Assembly: GCA_030248215.1 (NCBI GenBank)
Contig: JASANG010000727.1
Span: forward strand, 186,001-250,000
Direction of reading: 5' to 3'
Length of the DNA stretch: 64,000 nt
Origin: Enoplolaimus lenunculus
Lineage: Eukaryota
The translations under genes were made by a program, and so were the position numbers. This document shows positions 13,301 to 23,600 of this stretch, in pieces; position 1 is the stretch's first letter; each line of letters opens with the position of its first letter. The notes under the pieces were generated by a model that did no database searches, was not told the origin of the DNA, and saw only the letters and a list, made by a program, of their open reading frames with translations.

Positions 13301-15123
13301 AGGACAGTTATATTTTTTCATTGAAAATATAAAACCGTTCAGAACCATCGCATACCTTACCGGTGAATTGTTCTTTAATAGATGATATTACACAAGCGCC
13401 TGAAACACGCAATACATGATCTCGTTTTCTCTGCTAAGCTGGTTTAGTATTTCAGGTATATCTAAATTTAGTGCAAATCTTTCGCCAACTTTAACGCGTC
13501 AAGTTGCTAGGTCTTCTAGTCACAGTTTTTTTGTTTCAGGGTCAATACAGACCGGCAGACATCGCTCATGACAGTGCCAATTTTAGACCGGAGCCGTCTT
13601 GGCTGCCAGCGCCTGCATCAAGTCAAGCGATTAGTATCCAAGTCTCAGAAACGTTGTTAAACACTTTTCTAAAATCAGTGTTTGCTGATGATGAACTATC
13701 GTACTACATTACTTCAGATTTATCAGACACTGTAGCCTTAAGGTAAGTCATTTTATTACCCTTACAAGCTATTTTAGTTTACGGGGCAGACAATGTTCAG
13801 CAGGGCACAGGTTGTTGAAATTTGCGGTTCAAAGTTAACCAAAAATGCAGTGCATAGTTTCTTAAATTTGTAGGTTAACATAAGGAGTGAGTGGATGTTA
13901 GCAAATTAATGTTGGCACTCACTTTGGGTCCATGTAAAAGGTGTAAATGTAAAATAAACATTAGCCGCGTTTCATTACAAAATGAAACTTTGGGTGAAAT
14001 TTGAAAATCCGTTTTTATTTTAGGCGAAATCTGTTTTTAATTTAGGCTAAATCCGTTTTTATTTTAGGCTAAATCTGTTTTTAATTTAGGCTAAATCCGT
14101 TTTTATTTTAGACGAAATGTGTTTTTAATTTAGGCTAAATCCGTTTTTATTTTAGGCGAAATCTGTTTTTATTTTAGGCTAAATCCGTTTTTATTTTAGG
14201 CGAAATCTGTTTTTAATTTAGGCTAAATCCGTTTTTATTTTAGGCTAAATCTGTTTTTAATTTAGGCTAAATCCGTTTTTATTTTAGACGAAATGTGTTT
14301 TTAATTTAGGCTAAATCCGTTTTTATTTTAGACGAAATGTGTTTTTAATTTAGGCTAAATCCGTTTTTATTTTAGGCGAAATCTGTTTTTAATTTAGGCT
14401 AAATCTGTTTTTATTATGCTAAATCTATTTTTATTTTAGGCGAAATCTGTTTTTAATTTAGGCTAAATCCGTTTTTATTTTAGACGAAATGTGTTTTTAA
14501 TTTAGGCTAAATCCGTTTTTATTTCAGGCAAAATCTGATTTTATTATGCTAAATCTATTTTTATTTTAGGCTAAATCAGTTTATATTTCAGGCTAAATCC
14601 GTCATGCGACATACTGCAAATATGCATCGGCCGTGTTTTCAAGAATATCATGACCAAATATCCGACAGCAAACGATACTGAGCTTGAACTGTGCGTTCCT
14701 TCGCACATACCTCCTCTATTGACCGTACACTCCGACCGGCTGAACGTTGTTGGATCGCTTATCGGGGTTGTTACGCTGCCGCAGTCAAAACCAGCGGAAA
14801 ATATTTATTTAGTAACGCTTCAAGCTGAAGTTGACGTTGATTTGTTTCCGAAATTTATCAACGATTCAGTATTCGCTCGAGTTGCGGTTAATTCGGTTGC
14901 AATGAATGTGACAGATTCACAAGTTGGCGAATTATCATGGGTTGATCAGGTTGCATTTAATATGTTTATTGAAACAATTCTTGAAGGTGACCTTAATGAA
15001 GCATTAGAAAATGCTGCAAGTATCCGTATACCAAGCCAACTGGGTCCGTTTGCGCTGTACGAAATGGAATTTTGGATGCGGGACGGTTCAATTGAAATGG
15101 GAAGCAAAGTTGAAGTGATTTGA
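7012..15123 (+). CDS. BPI/LBP/CETP-family lipid-binding protein, 5 exons: join(7012..7328,10793..11043,11671..11927,13540..13742,14592..15123), 519 aa
   Basis: Exons join in phase (2,1,0,2) through GT..AG introns, 1560 nt total. Signal-like N-terminus; GIRVKLNAEALN start of the BPI N-domain; VTGIWSVKWKKFLVSGYSDGDF; paired Cys (AQCEA / RVCDG); C-domain ISIQVSETLLNTF and SCDILQICIGRVF. AATAAA at 15152-15157. Confidence 0.88.
7336..7543. mobile_element. CACTG MITE family C, 7 nt inside BPI intron 1
   Basis: TA TSD, long TIRs. Confidence 0.85.
7791..7999. mobile_element. Telomere-repeat MITE family A
   Basis: GGCCAATGTAAAGAACAGGGGCGGAAC TIR, degenerate GCCTAA. Confidence 0.8.
8767..8955. mobile_element. 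Telomere-repeat MITE family A (diverged)
   Basis: ATATATAGATCAGGG / CCCTGATATATACATGGGTC. Confidence 0.7.
9049..9232. mobile_element. Telomere-repeat MITE family B (Merlin-like)
   Basis: GGCCCATGCTACTTT...AAAGTAACATTGGTC, TSD tgtacttc/tgtactcc. Confidence 0.85.
9728..9892. mobile_element. Truncated family B MITE
   Basis: GCCTAA tract plus one TIR (GCCCCTTAAAGTAACATGGACC). Confidence 0.75.
10089..10277. mobile_element. Telomere-repeat MITE family A
   Basis: TSD gcgaaaac/gtgaaaac. Confidence 0.85.
10793..11043 (+). CDS. BPI/LBP-like gene exon 2 (absent from ORF track)
   Basis: ttttag acceptor; reads FQLLPPDRISYTVHIDKINVTGIWSVKW...CEASVANLEVDIR; donor GTTAAG. Confidence 0.88.
11054..11300. 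mobile_element. CAC-terminated MITE (family E), 10 nt inside BPI intron 2
   Basis: TA|CACACAAAAAAGTATTT...AAATACTATTTTGAGTG|TA. Confidence 0.75.
11671..11927 (+). CDS. BPI/LBP-like gene exon 3
   Basis: ttttag acceptor; GSILEWGIEAFTNVFD...SIEIFLI; donor GTAAGC. Confidence 0.88.
12006..12138. repeat. (AAT)n microsatellite
   Basis: Direct reading. Confidence 0.9.
12139..12393 (-). mobile_element. Non-autonomous Helitron
   Basis: Minus strand begins A|TCTATATATTAAA and ends with hairpin GTTGCAcaagtaTGCAAC followed shortly by CTAG|T, with no TSD; related pieces near 10440-10630 and 25800-26201. Confidence 0.75.
12462..12980. repeat. Degenerate ~155-170-bp tandem repeat (about 3.5 units)
   Basis: TATGCAAATTAG..ATTAGCTAACTATT recurs at ~12465, 12620, 12780, 12950. 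Confidence 0.75.
13066..13240. mobile_element. Internally deleted TA-TSD MITE (family G)
   Basis: ACCCGAATAA...CTTATTAGGGTCACTACAG, as in 50723..51445 and 57754..58143. Confidence 0.65.
13540..13742 (+). CDS. BPI/LBP-like gene exon 4
   Basis: tttcag acceptor; GQYRPAD...DTVAL; donor GTAAGT. Confidence 0.88.
14005..14601 (+). repeat. 22-bp tandem array (~27 units) made from the intron 4/exon 5 junction
   Basis: Unit TTTTTATTTTAG|GCTAAATCCG; AG positions 14044, 14066, 14088 show period 22; last unit is the real acceptor. Confidence 0.92.
14592..15123 (+). CDS. BPI/LBP-like gene exon 5 (terminal)
   Basis: tttcag acceptor at the end of the 22-bp array; LNPSCDILQICIGRVF...KVEVI*. Confidence 0.88.
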
Positions 15124-15195
15124 GGTTAAAAATATTGATCGGTTTTTGCAAAATAAAATTAATATTAAAAATTAACCCTTCTATACTGTACAAAG

Positions 15196-15354
15196 GGCCT
15201 ATGGTTACTTTAAGGTGCGTCCAGGTTTCTGGTGTGCCTATACAACAGTAGGTTCAGATTCTAGATTACATTTTTTGCTTAGGCTTAATAGGCTTGGATT
15301 TAGGCTTAGGAATACGCTTATTCTACTGTTACGCCCCTAAAAGTAACATTGGCC
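15196..15354. mobile_element. Telomere-repeat MITE family B
   Basis: TSD gtacaaag/gtccaaag. Confidence 0.85.
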
Positions 15355-15855
15355 GTCCAAAGAATAAATATCAAAGTTATAGCAAAACTCGAATATTTTT
15401 GAGCCTGATGTTGGAGCTGTATAAGAGTTATATAACAAATATTTTTGCATATTTAAAATTTAACCATGAGATATATGTAAGAGGCATGAGTACTGCTAAA
15501 TTATGCAACATTGTGGGCCCGGGTTATGAGAGTGCATTTCAGAATACTAATGACGGAGCCAGAACAGTCATGTGACGGGTTCGTTGGGATTTAAGATAGC
15601 TTTCCTAAACAAGAACTTTATGAACTGCTAGAAACGTTTTGGAAAGTAAAGGCGTAGAAAACAGCTAACATATCAGCGTAAATGTTATGCGTCGTTCACT
15701 TTATTTTGTGCCCGCTGTGCGGAAATGAAACGTACCGTTTTCCAAATACGGGTTTAAACAATGGTAGCAACTGAAACTTGAATTTGTAAACTGTTTTAAT
15801 TTCACATTGCTACAGATTGTTAAAAATAGACTAGTAAATTGATAAGATCAACTCC

Positions 15856-15856
<1 letters not shown>

Positions 15857-15914
<58 letters not shown>
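15857..15914. repeat. (TTA)n microsatellite
   Basis: Direct reading. Confidence 0.9.
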
Positions 15915-15916
<2 letters not shown>

Positions 15917-18238
15917 CATTTTATTAAGGACATAAAAGGGAAATTGAAACAATTTCCAGATTCAATTTTCACTGTGATATCAAGTTTTAGTTGCCCAATG
16001 GAAAATTGGAGAGGTGTGTTTTTTATTTGTGCAATTTTTGACCGCAATTACGAGAGGAACGCGGGAGTGTGTTGTCTATTGTGAACAGCACAAGAATACA
16101 CCTTCAGGTTTAGCAATAGGTTAATGCTTACGCTTAGGTTTCAGAATTTGCTTTATTCTATTGTTACGGCTGGGAATAAAATTTACACTTCGAGATATAA
16201 CGAAACACTTATACATTCGGGTACCGAAACACGCACAATGATAAGCAGGGTTGGTATTATCCGTAAAAATTGAATTGACCGGAAGAAAGCGGAAAACAAC
16301 ATAAAAATTGAAATGTTACTGTTTTGCAAGTAATTTACTGACAATGTTTTTCCGTTCTTTTTCCACCCCCGCGGAAAAAATCGCGTTTTTTTCGTTGGCT
16401 TTTCCGTCGGACAACCTTGTATTACAGCAGACAATTTGACGAAGAATACAGATTTTAGAATGAAACCAAAGTTAATTGGCAATAGTGGCCCTGATAAATA
16501 CTACAAAATTTAAAACAAGTATTATTTCTTGCAAAACATTTTGGTGCTAAAATATATCATAGTTTGTATGTCGTTAGCATAGTACAGGTCATGTAAGACG
16601 CTCTGTATTTTTTGGCAAAGATTATAGATTCTTGTACACTTCTAAGTCCTAGCAGCCGCCTAACTCAAAGGCTTAGCCTTAAATGTGAGGGCAAAATGCA
16701 CCAGAATCATGATCTATTTAAGAAAATACAAGCTACAGATGTAGACTGGCTATACGGCATATTGGGGAAACATCCGGCGGGCTATTTAAAACCTCCGTAA
16801 TTTGTAGCGATTTTTGGGATCGACCTGTATTATACGTTTGTATAATACATTTCATGCCAAAATCCGTCAATTTCTCACTGGCATGTTTCACGCTGCTTAC
16901 CCTAACTATACTACCTCGTTTTACTCTTGATTATCGAGATACATTGCCTAATGAGCCAAATACCAATACAGTGTATAATCCAAATATCAATACAATGCAA
17001 ATTACCATAGTTTGGAAACAAATGTATAATCACTGTCAAAAATATCTTCGCTATTATAAAAGGCCGTCAAGTACTATAAATTACTGAAATTTAAGCACAG
17101 TGCGTGCATATGCAAATTAAAACCCAAGCGGACAACCATCTAAACACGATCGCGCTGAGGCGAGGTTGCGAATAATACATTGTAGGCCTTAATACTCTAC
17201 AGTATTCCCAGCTTGCCGTATCATTGTTTGTCTAGGTCAATTTGAGGTCAATCTAGGTCAGACGTACCACATCGTTTCCGGTTTTCATTTTTCATTGTGA
17301 ATAAAATTTCGGTTTTCCCATGACAGTTATATGCGTCTAAAGGGAAATCTATCCATAGTTTAGACTACTACCCTTTTCTGTCAATCTCAAAGTGCTTTTT
17401 GGTATCAAAAATATCTTATCAATTCACCGATGTTTTTTAAAAATCTGTTTCAATTTCCCATAGCTGCAATTTTTAAAATCACTACTACTAGTGACTTTGA
17501 AACCCGATTACTAGCTGATGATAGTTGCTATACACATTTAAGAATATAAGACCTGATAACAATACGTTAAACAGTGGAAGATTGCGAAAGTCTCGGTTAA
17601 CTTTGGCGTCAGTTGTAGTCAGTGGTACTCCACAACGCTGGCACTATCTATACTGCCACTCATTATTAGTAGAATTAACGTCGTAAGGATGACGTTAAGA
17701 ATTCTGGAATGAAGTTTGACACATGAAAACAAGCGAATTGCGAGCGACCAAATGTTTGAACCACCAGTACATAACCTTAGACGCAAGGAAACCGTGTGCG
17801 TAAGTAAAGAAATGTTGTAAACACAGATTATATCCCACGGTTACAACGAAAAGCCCTCACACTTTGTTAGCGTTAATATTTTTCTGATTATATCTTATTA
17901 TTTAATCAGCGGTTAGTTAATGCATCACAGTTTGTACAATTTGAAGTCGGCAAAATGTTCATAAACAATTTGTGCAAATCGAGTTTGCGGAAAATTTTTT
18001 TCGACAAATGAAAATATAACAACAAAAGCTGTGGCTACGTTTTTTTGTATTTTTGACACAAATAATTTTGATCGACTCAAATTACCAATTTATTCGACTA
18101 TTTGATAACTATAGAAATGCAATAGTGCACATTTGAACATCCTTTGAAGAATGGCAAATCAGTGGCTTTTACTGTTAACAATAATTTTGACCTCAAAACT
18201 GTAGAAATGTAGCTAGTGTTAAATACCTCAACGATTTG

Positions 18239-18421
18239 GGCCAATATAAAGAACAGGGGCGGATCAGTATTATAAGCATATTCCTAAGCCTAAGAATAAG
18301 CGTAAGAATGAGCATAATTGCTATAAGCCTAAGCCTTAGACTAAGTTATGCCAAAAAATTAGTCTAAAGTTTAAGTGCAGTCATATAGAAAAAAGTGCCG
18401 CCCCTGACCTTTACATAGGCC
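18239..18421. mobile_element. Telomere-repeat MITE family A
   Basis: Perfect 8-bp TSD ACGATTTG. Confidence 0.88.
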
Positions 18422-18667
18422 ACGATTTGGATGAAACAGCGTCAGCTGTGGTTCAAATATTCCAATCGAAATATGATAACTTTGTCTTTTCCTGATTTAC
18501 ATTGCGTTTAAATTTCAAAGTCGGACTATTAAGTGTTAATATAAACTTTTTGTTGGTTCCGACAATCACCGCTTATGCTGTATTGTAGAAATTTAGTGAT
18601 AATTTTGTTTAAATCAGGTAAAGCGGAAAACTTTCACAATTTGTTGTATCAAGAAGAGTCGTTTACT

Positions 18668-18918
18668 CACTGCAAATTACAGTGAGTTGATTCTAATTCA
18701 GAACGAGTTGAATCCACTCAGACACCTAAACTCTGAATTAGGTCTTTCAGAAGTCAAAATTCTGAATTGGATTGGCTCATTCTGAGTTAATTAATCAACT
18801 CGGCCAGAATTGAATTAGCTCAGAGTGAATTAATAGTTATTGCTATTAACTCAGAAATGACCAAAAATAACCAATTATCTCTCTGAGTTGATTAATCAAC
18901 TCACTGGAATTTACATTG
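18668..18918. mobile_element. CACTG MITE family D (GAGTTGA subterminal repeats)
   Basis: CT|CACTGCAAATT...AATTTACATTG|CT, 2-bp TSD. Confidence 0.75.
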
Positions 18919-19252
18919 CTCCGTTTATCGCTGGTGCGCGATTCTGCTGATTTGAAGTAAATGAATTAATATCGCGTAGAATTTTGCGTTTGCAGTTTCA
19001 TAATTAATTAAATAAAAACTAAAGCATTTATTCAGAAATAACAGTAATATGATATTTGCAGCAATAAGTCAAATTTGTAACAAATTCTCGTTATTAATCT
19101 GAAATATCGTTAATGCAACTATAGTTTAACATTCAATCAGACCAAGGTTATCATTAGATAAACAAAGTTACTTCAAAAACCATCAAGTTGGGGCTGTATA
19201 TTCCGAGCGTTCGTAAGTACGTTCGACTTAGCCTATCTAAGATAAAACTGTA

Positions 19253-19507
19253 CACTGTAAATTTCAGTGAGTTGATTTTAACTCAGGACGAGTTGAATCA
19301 CTCAGTATGAGTTGGGACTATGTCAGAACTTAGAATTTTGAGTTGATTCAGTTCATTCTGAGCTAATTAGTCAATTCACCCAGATTCAACTCAAAATCAA
19401 ACTTACAATTGACTCAACTCAGAATGAGTTAATGTATACTGATATTAATTCAGAAATAATCAACTCGCTTGCTGAAATGATTAGTCAACGCATTGGAATT
19501 GACAGTG
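19253..19507. mobile_element. CACTG MITE family D
   Basis: TA|CACTGTAAATTTCAGTGAGTTGA...ACAGTG|TA. Confidence 0.8.
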
Positions 19508-20242
19508 TACCGCTACCGGACATCCGGCTTCAGAAGAAAATTGACCTCCGGCTCGTGTACATTTTTGACCAAAAGTTTCTGCCATTTCAATAGTACAAAG
19601 TTCCAATATAAAAGACGTTGTATACATTAGTCAGCTTGTTTCTAATTGATACAGTTTTCGAAGGTTTAACTGCAAAGGCCTATCAAAAATTCGGGACTCT
19701 TAACGAACTCAATACCGTTTTAATTGGCTAATTTGACCCATCTACGGTTCAGATCCATCAAAGTTTGTAGATCGCCCGGTTACAGTTTTTTACATCCTGT
19801 TGTACCCAGCTGGCTGGATTACCTTTAAGTTATAATAGCTTAAAAATTACTGTTAACTCGAATCAAAGTCAAGATAATATTTTGAAAAAGAAAACAATTT
19901 AATTTTTTCATTTCTAAAACGTGCCCCAATTGTTCCTACTAAAACAGCTTACAGCCTTAAGATGCCGAGTTCGCTGCAAGATAAGTTTGACATTTGCAGC
20001 TGTGTCACGTCGCTTGTTTGAAAACCTATCACTACACTGGTAATAGCCGAAATTTAGCAATAAAATGGACCTTGTTCTTATTTGGTTATCCTGTAACTAA
20101 AAATATCAGCTTCATCAAAGATGTATTTTGCGTTTGATACAAAAGTTAAATTGAACTAAAATTAAAATATACTGAGCAGCAGCGGCTCTTGAATTCTATA
20201 GAATGTTATATTTTGCGTCAAAATCGCTTATCAATCACGGGT

Positions 20243-20605
20243 CTATTTTTGGTTTCGTCGCATCGCAAGCATAACGCCAACAGCAGTGATTGAGACAAAA
20301 GCGATGCTAACAACAGCGAGAACAGCGCCGAAGCTAATTGGAGATAAGCAGAAATTGCCCGAGTTGACGGCTTCTGGGTATGTTGGCAGCGCAAGGATTC
20401 CTCGTTGCTGACTGGCAGAATGATATGGCATTTGAGGAACAACTGGTGGCAATCCAGATTGGTTTTCGACGAGATCAAGTGCGTCAAACGTCGAACTGAC
20501 ATCAACTGTACCCACAGTCGCTTCTGGGATGTAGTGTTGTGATCGTTTGGATCGTAAGCGTCGAAGAGCAGGACACTGAGGCAAAGGACAGTCAGCGCCA
20601 GGTTC
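20243..20605 (-). CDS. cut-1: Cuticlin A exon 6
   Basis: [11 protein letters not shown]...RSKR...TM...RRNQK*; ttttag acceptor. Confidence 0.92.
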   Translation of the reverse strand, partial: EPGADCPLPQCPALRRLRSKRSQHYIPEATVGTVDVSSTFDALDLVENQSGLPPVVPQMPYHSASQQRGILALPTYPEAVNSGNFCLSPISFGAVLAVVSIAFVSITAVGVMLAMRRNQK

Positions 20606-23600
20606 CTAAAACATGATGAATTATCGATAATGGGTCATCCGCGTTATAAAATGTTCACGCAGATGTGAAAAATTGTACCCCGTCTTCGGAGACCCGCCTC
20701 TGTTAATATACGCTTTGTTAGCGCGATGTTTGATTTGTCCTCAGATCATTTGAGGACTACGAAGACAAACTAAACTTCCTAAAAAAGCATTTAGATTTGT
20801 CACAACACTCACACTACAGTGTTGGTTTTTTCACATAGTCACACTCGGAAGAGACTTCAAAAAGGTATTTATTTTACATGTTGTAAATATGTCTTCGAAA
20901 TATGTGTATGTATTTATTTTGTTTCAAATTCTTTACTTTGTACAAACAGTGTAGCGACGGTCCCGACATCCTTTCTAGAGACTCAGGACAAGGTATACTC
21001 GTGAAGCACACACTCTGCACTGTACCTAATCTCAGGTTACAGTGCTGTTTTGTGTCCCAATCGAATTGAAGAGGCTGGACAATTTTTTGCATCCGCGTAG
21101 ACATTGTAACGTGGATGATCCATAAACAATTTTTAATAAAATACACAAACCGTTTTTGGTGTCAGGTGTCAAGTTTCTGTCTGCGTAGTGATGATGGACG
21201 CCAACATTCATGTTGGAAATGGTTGCATTTAGATTCACAGATTTTAAAACCTGTGTGGCTGCGAAATTGATGGCATACAAATTTACATTTTGCTACAAGT
21301 CGGATATATGTAAGCACAGATAAAGCTATAACAGTATATTTAAGTAAAAATGAATGGTTAATCTATTTTTAGTTGTCTAATTTTTTGTTAAGGTTTTACT
21401 TTAAGTATCACAGTGGGCAGTGGGCAGCCAGCGAACGATAAACTACAATTCCGATGAAACAGTAGGTTTTGGAATTCATACAAATCAAGTGTAAAACGAC
21501 ATTATATTGTATTACATTCTGGACCGGTCCGTATCCAGCTCACCTTGCTGGGGTGAGCTAAAACTTTTTCAGGAAGGACATTTAAAGGTTTTCAAAGACT
21601 TACAATCAAGGATGAACATCTTCTAGGGAAGCCAAAAAATTTTCCAGCCGGGGCTGAACCCCCATGGCCTCGCCTTGGCTACGGGCCCGATTCTGGACCT
21701 CGTCAACAATGTTTATAGTTTGGTCCTTAGTTAGGAAAATAATTTACCTTGATAGTAATCGCAATCTGACACTGGAAGAACAATTGCGTTCGGTCAGCGA
21801 ATTTGAAAACGTGAGTTTCTTGTCCGGCCATCAAATCAGTTGGGTATTCCAAGTTTCGGAGCAGATATTTGTCAATGGCACAACCTTCTTCGGTCAACAA
21901 GTCAACACTGTCGCCCTTAAATGGTATCTCACTTGTTTGGCTAATTCACGCCGTTGGGAGTTTACCGTGCTCCAGGAGCAAAATAGTTTTAGGAGAGACA
22001 GACATGCTGTTGATTTCTACACTGCAAAAACTGGTGAGTCATATTGACTCTCTCCGAAATAGCCTTTTCCTGACTACACAAACGGAGCCACAATTCGACT
22101 CCGCCAGAGTCAAATTGTGTGGAATTTGATACAGGCGGAGTCAAATTTTGACTCAGTTTGCGTAGTCAGGAAAAGCCTATTGTTGAGATAGTCAATTTGA
22201 CTCACCATTTTTTGCAGTGTACAAGCAAAGCAAACATTTTACGAGGGAGGCTCCAAAGATTTTTAGGTGGGCTTTACCCCTCATGGCTATGTTTACGGGT
22301 TAGTATTGCTTGCAAGTTTATAAGAAATTAACTATTAAGACAATGCATCTGACATCATGCGCTGTAGCTTTTCATATATATCACTGTTTTTTTCCATAGT
22401 ACGGCGAGCAAGTAAGGGATTAACATAGATTTCAACGAATGCAATCGTGTATGTTTTGTAAGATTTAGTCATTTAGTTTCGAAAATTCAAATTTAATCAG
22501 AAAGTTAAATGTGGATAATAATAATTTTAGTCAAATACCTAAAATCAATTTAAGTTTATTGACACAAGACCATATTGTGATATATACACCGTAGCAACTC
22601 TGTCTCTGAAACTTAAGCATTTGTTTTGTTTTGAGTAATTCAGATTAAAATTTGAGTCAAAAATACAAAACGCTTTTCGAGTTTAAACGTTTATAAGTCT
22701 GAATCGAAAGGAGTCTGTCCTTGGCTCGTTTTATGCGTATGATGGAAGATTTAGTAACTTCCGGTCATGAATTTATTGGTAATAAAATAATAAACTCCAT
22801 CCCAACGTTACAATTTTTCACCCACGAAAATCTTTTGTTGATAAAACGATGAGGTACATATACCTTACAAATTTTGCGTTTCATAACATTTGTTAGACCT
22901 GCCTTCACCGGTCAGAAATTTTTGGATCCGCCCGCAGGACCGAGTTGCTTATGGTATTCGGTCGTTTATCGGGATCCTTCTGGCTTTTGAGTTTATCCGT
23001 CGCGAATTTTAGTGAACCTAAAGTCTACACGTTTAACGGCGAATGTGCTGCCGGCTATGGATCAGCATCCTTAATTCTGCCAGGGATCGAGGCATTGGGC
23101 TGCAGTTACATCTGTACAGCTATTATATTGGTGCGGAAATAAGAGTTTTGACTGATGCTTTCTCTTTCGAACACTCTAGCGGTTAAATATCAGAAATTTG
23201 TTTCCGATACAATTCCTTAGCGAACAAAGCCAATGTAAAGCACAAGCGCGGAACAGTATTATAAGCATATTCCTAAGCCTAAGCCTAAGCCTAAGCCCAA
23301 GCAAAAACAATTGTCTAAAGCTTAAAGCTTACTCTATTAGAGTCCCACAGGAAAACGTTCCGTCCCTGATCTTTACATGGGCCGCAAACAGAAAACAACA
23401 ACAACATTAACAACAATAATAATAATAATAATAAATAATAATAATAACAACAATAATAATAGCGATAAATTAAAAGAGTACTTACAGCTCCATCGTCAAC
23501 GGTACACGAATGAACAACCATACAAAATGTATCGACGGTATTTGTATCGCAGTTCCATTTGTGATAAACGGATTGTCCAACCAAAGCGTATCTGAAAGAA

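Noticed and set aside
15820..16084. Poly-Ile ORFs (and poly-Asn/Leu, FVCL ORFs at 23377, 29324, 55928)
   Set aside because: Microsatellite translations
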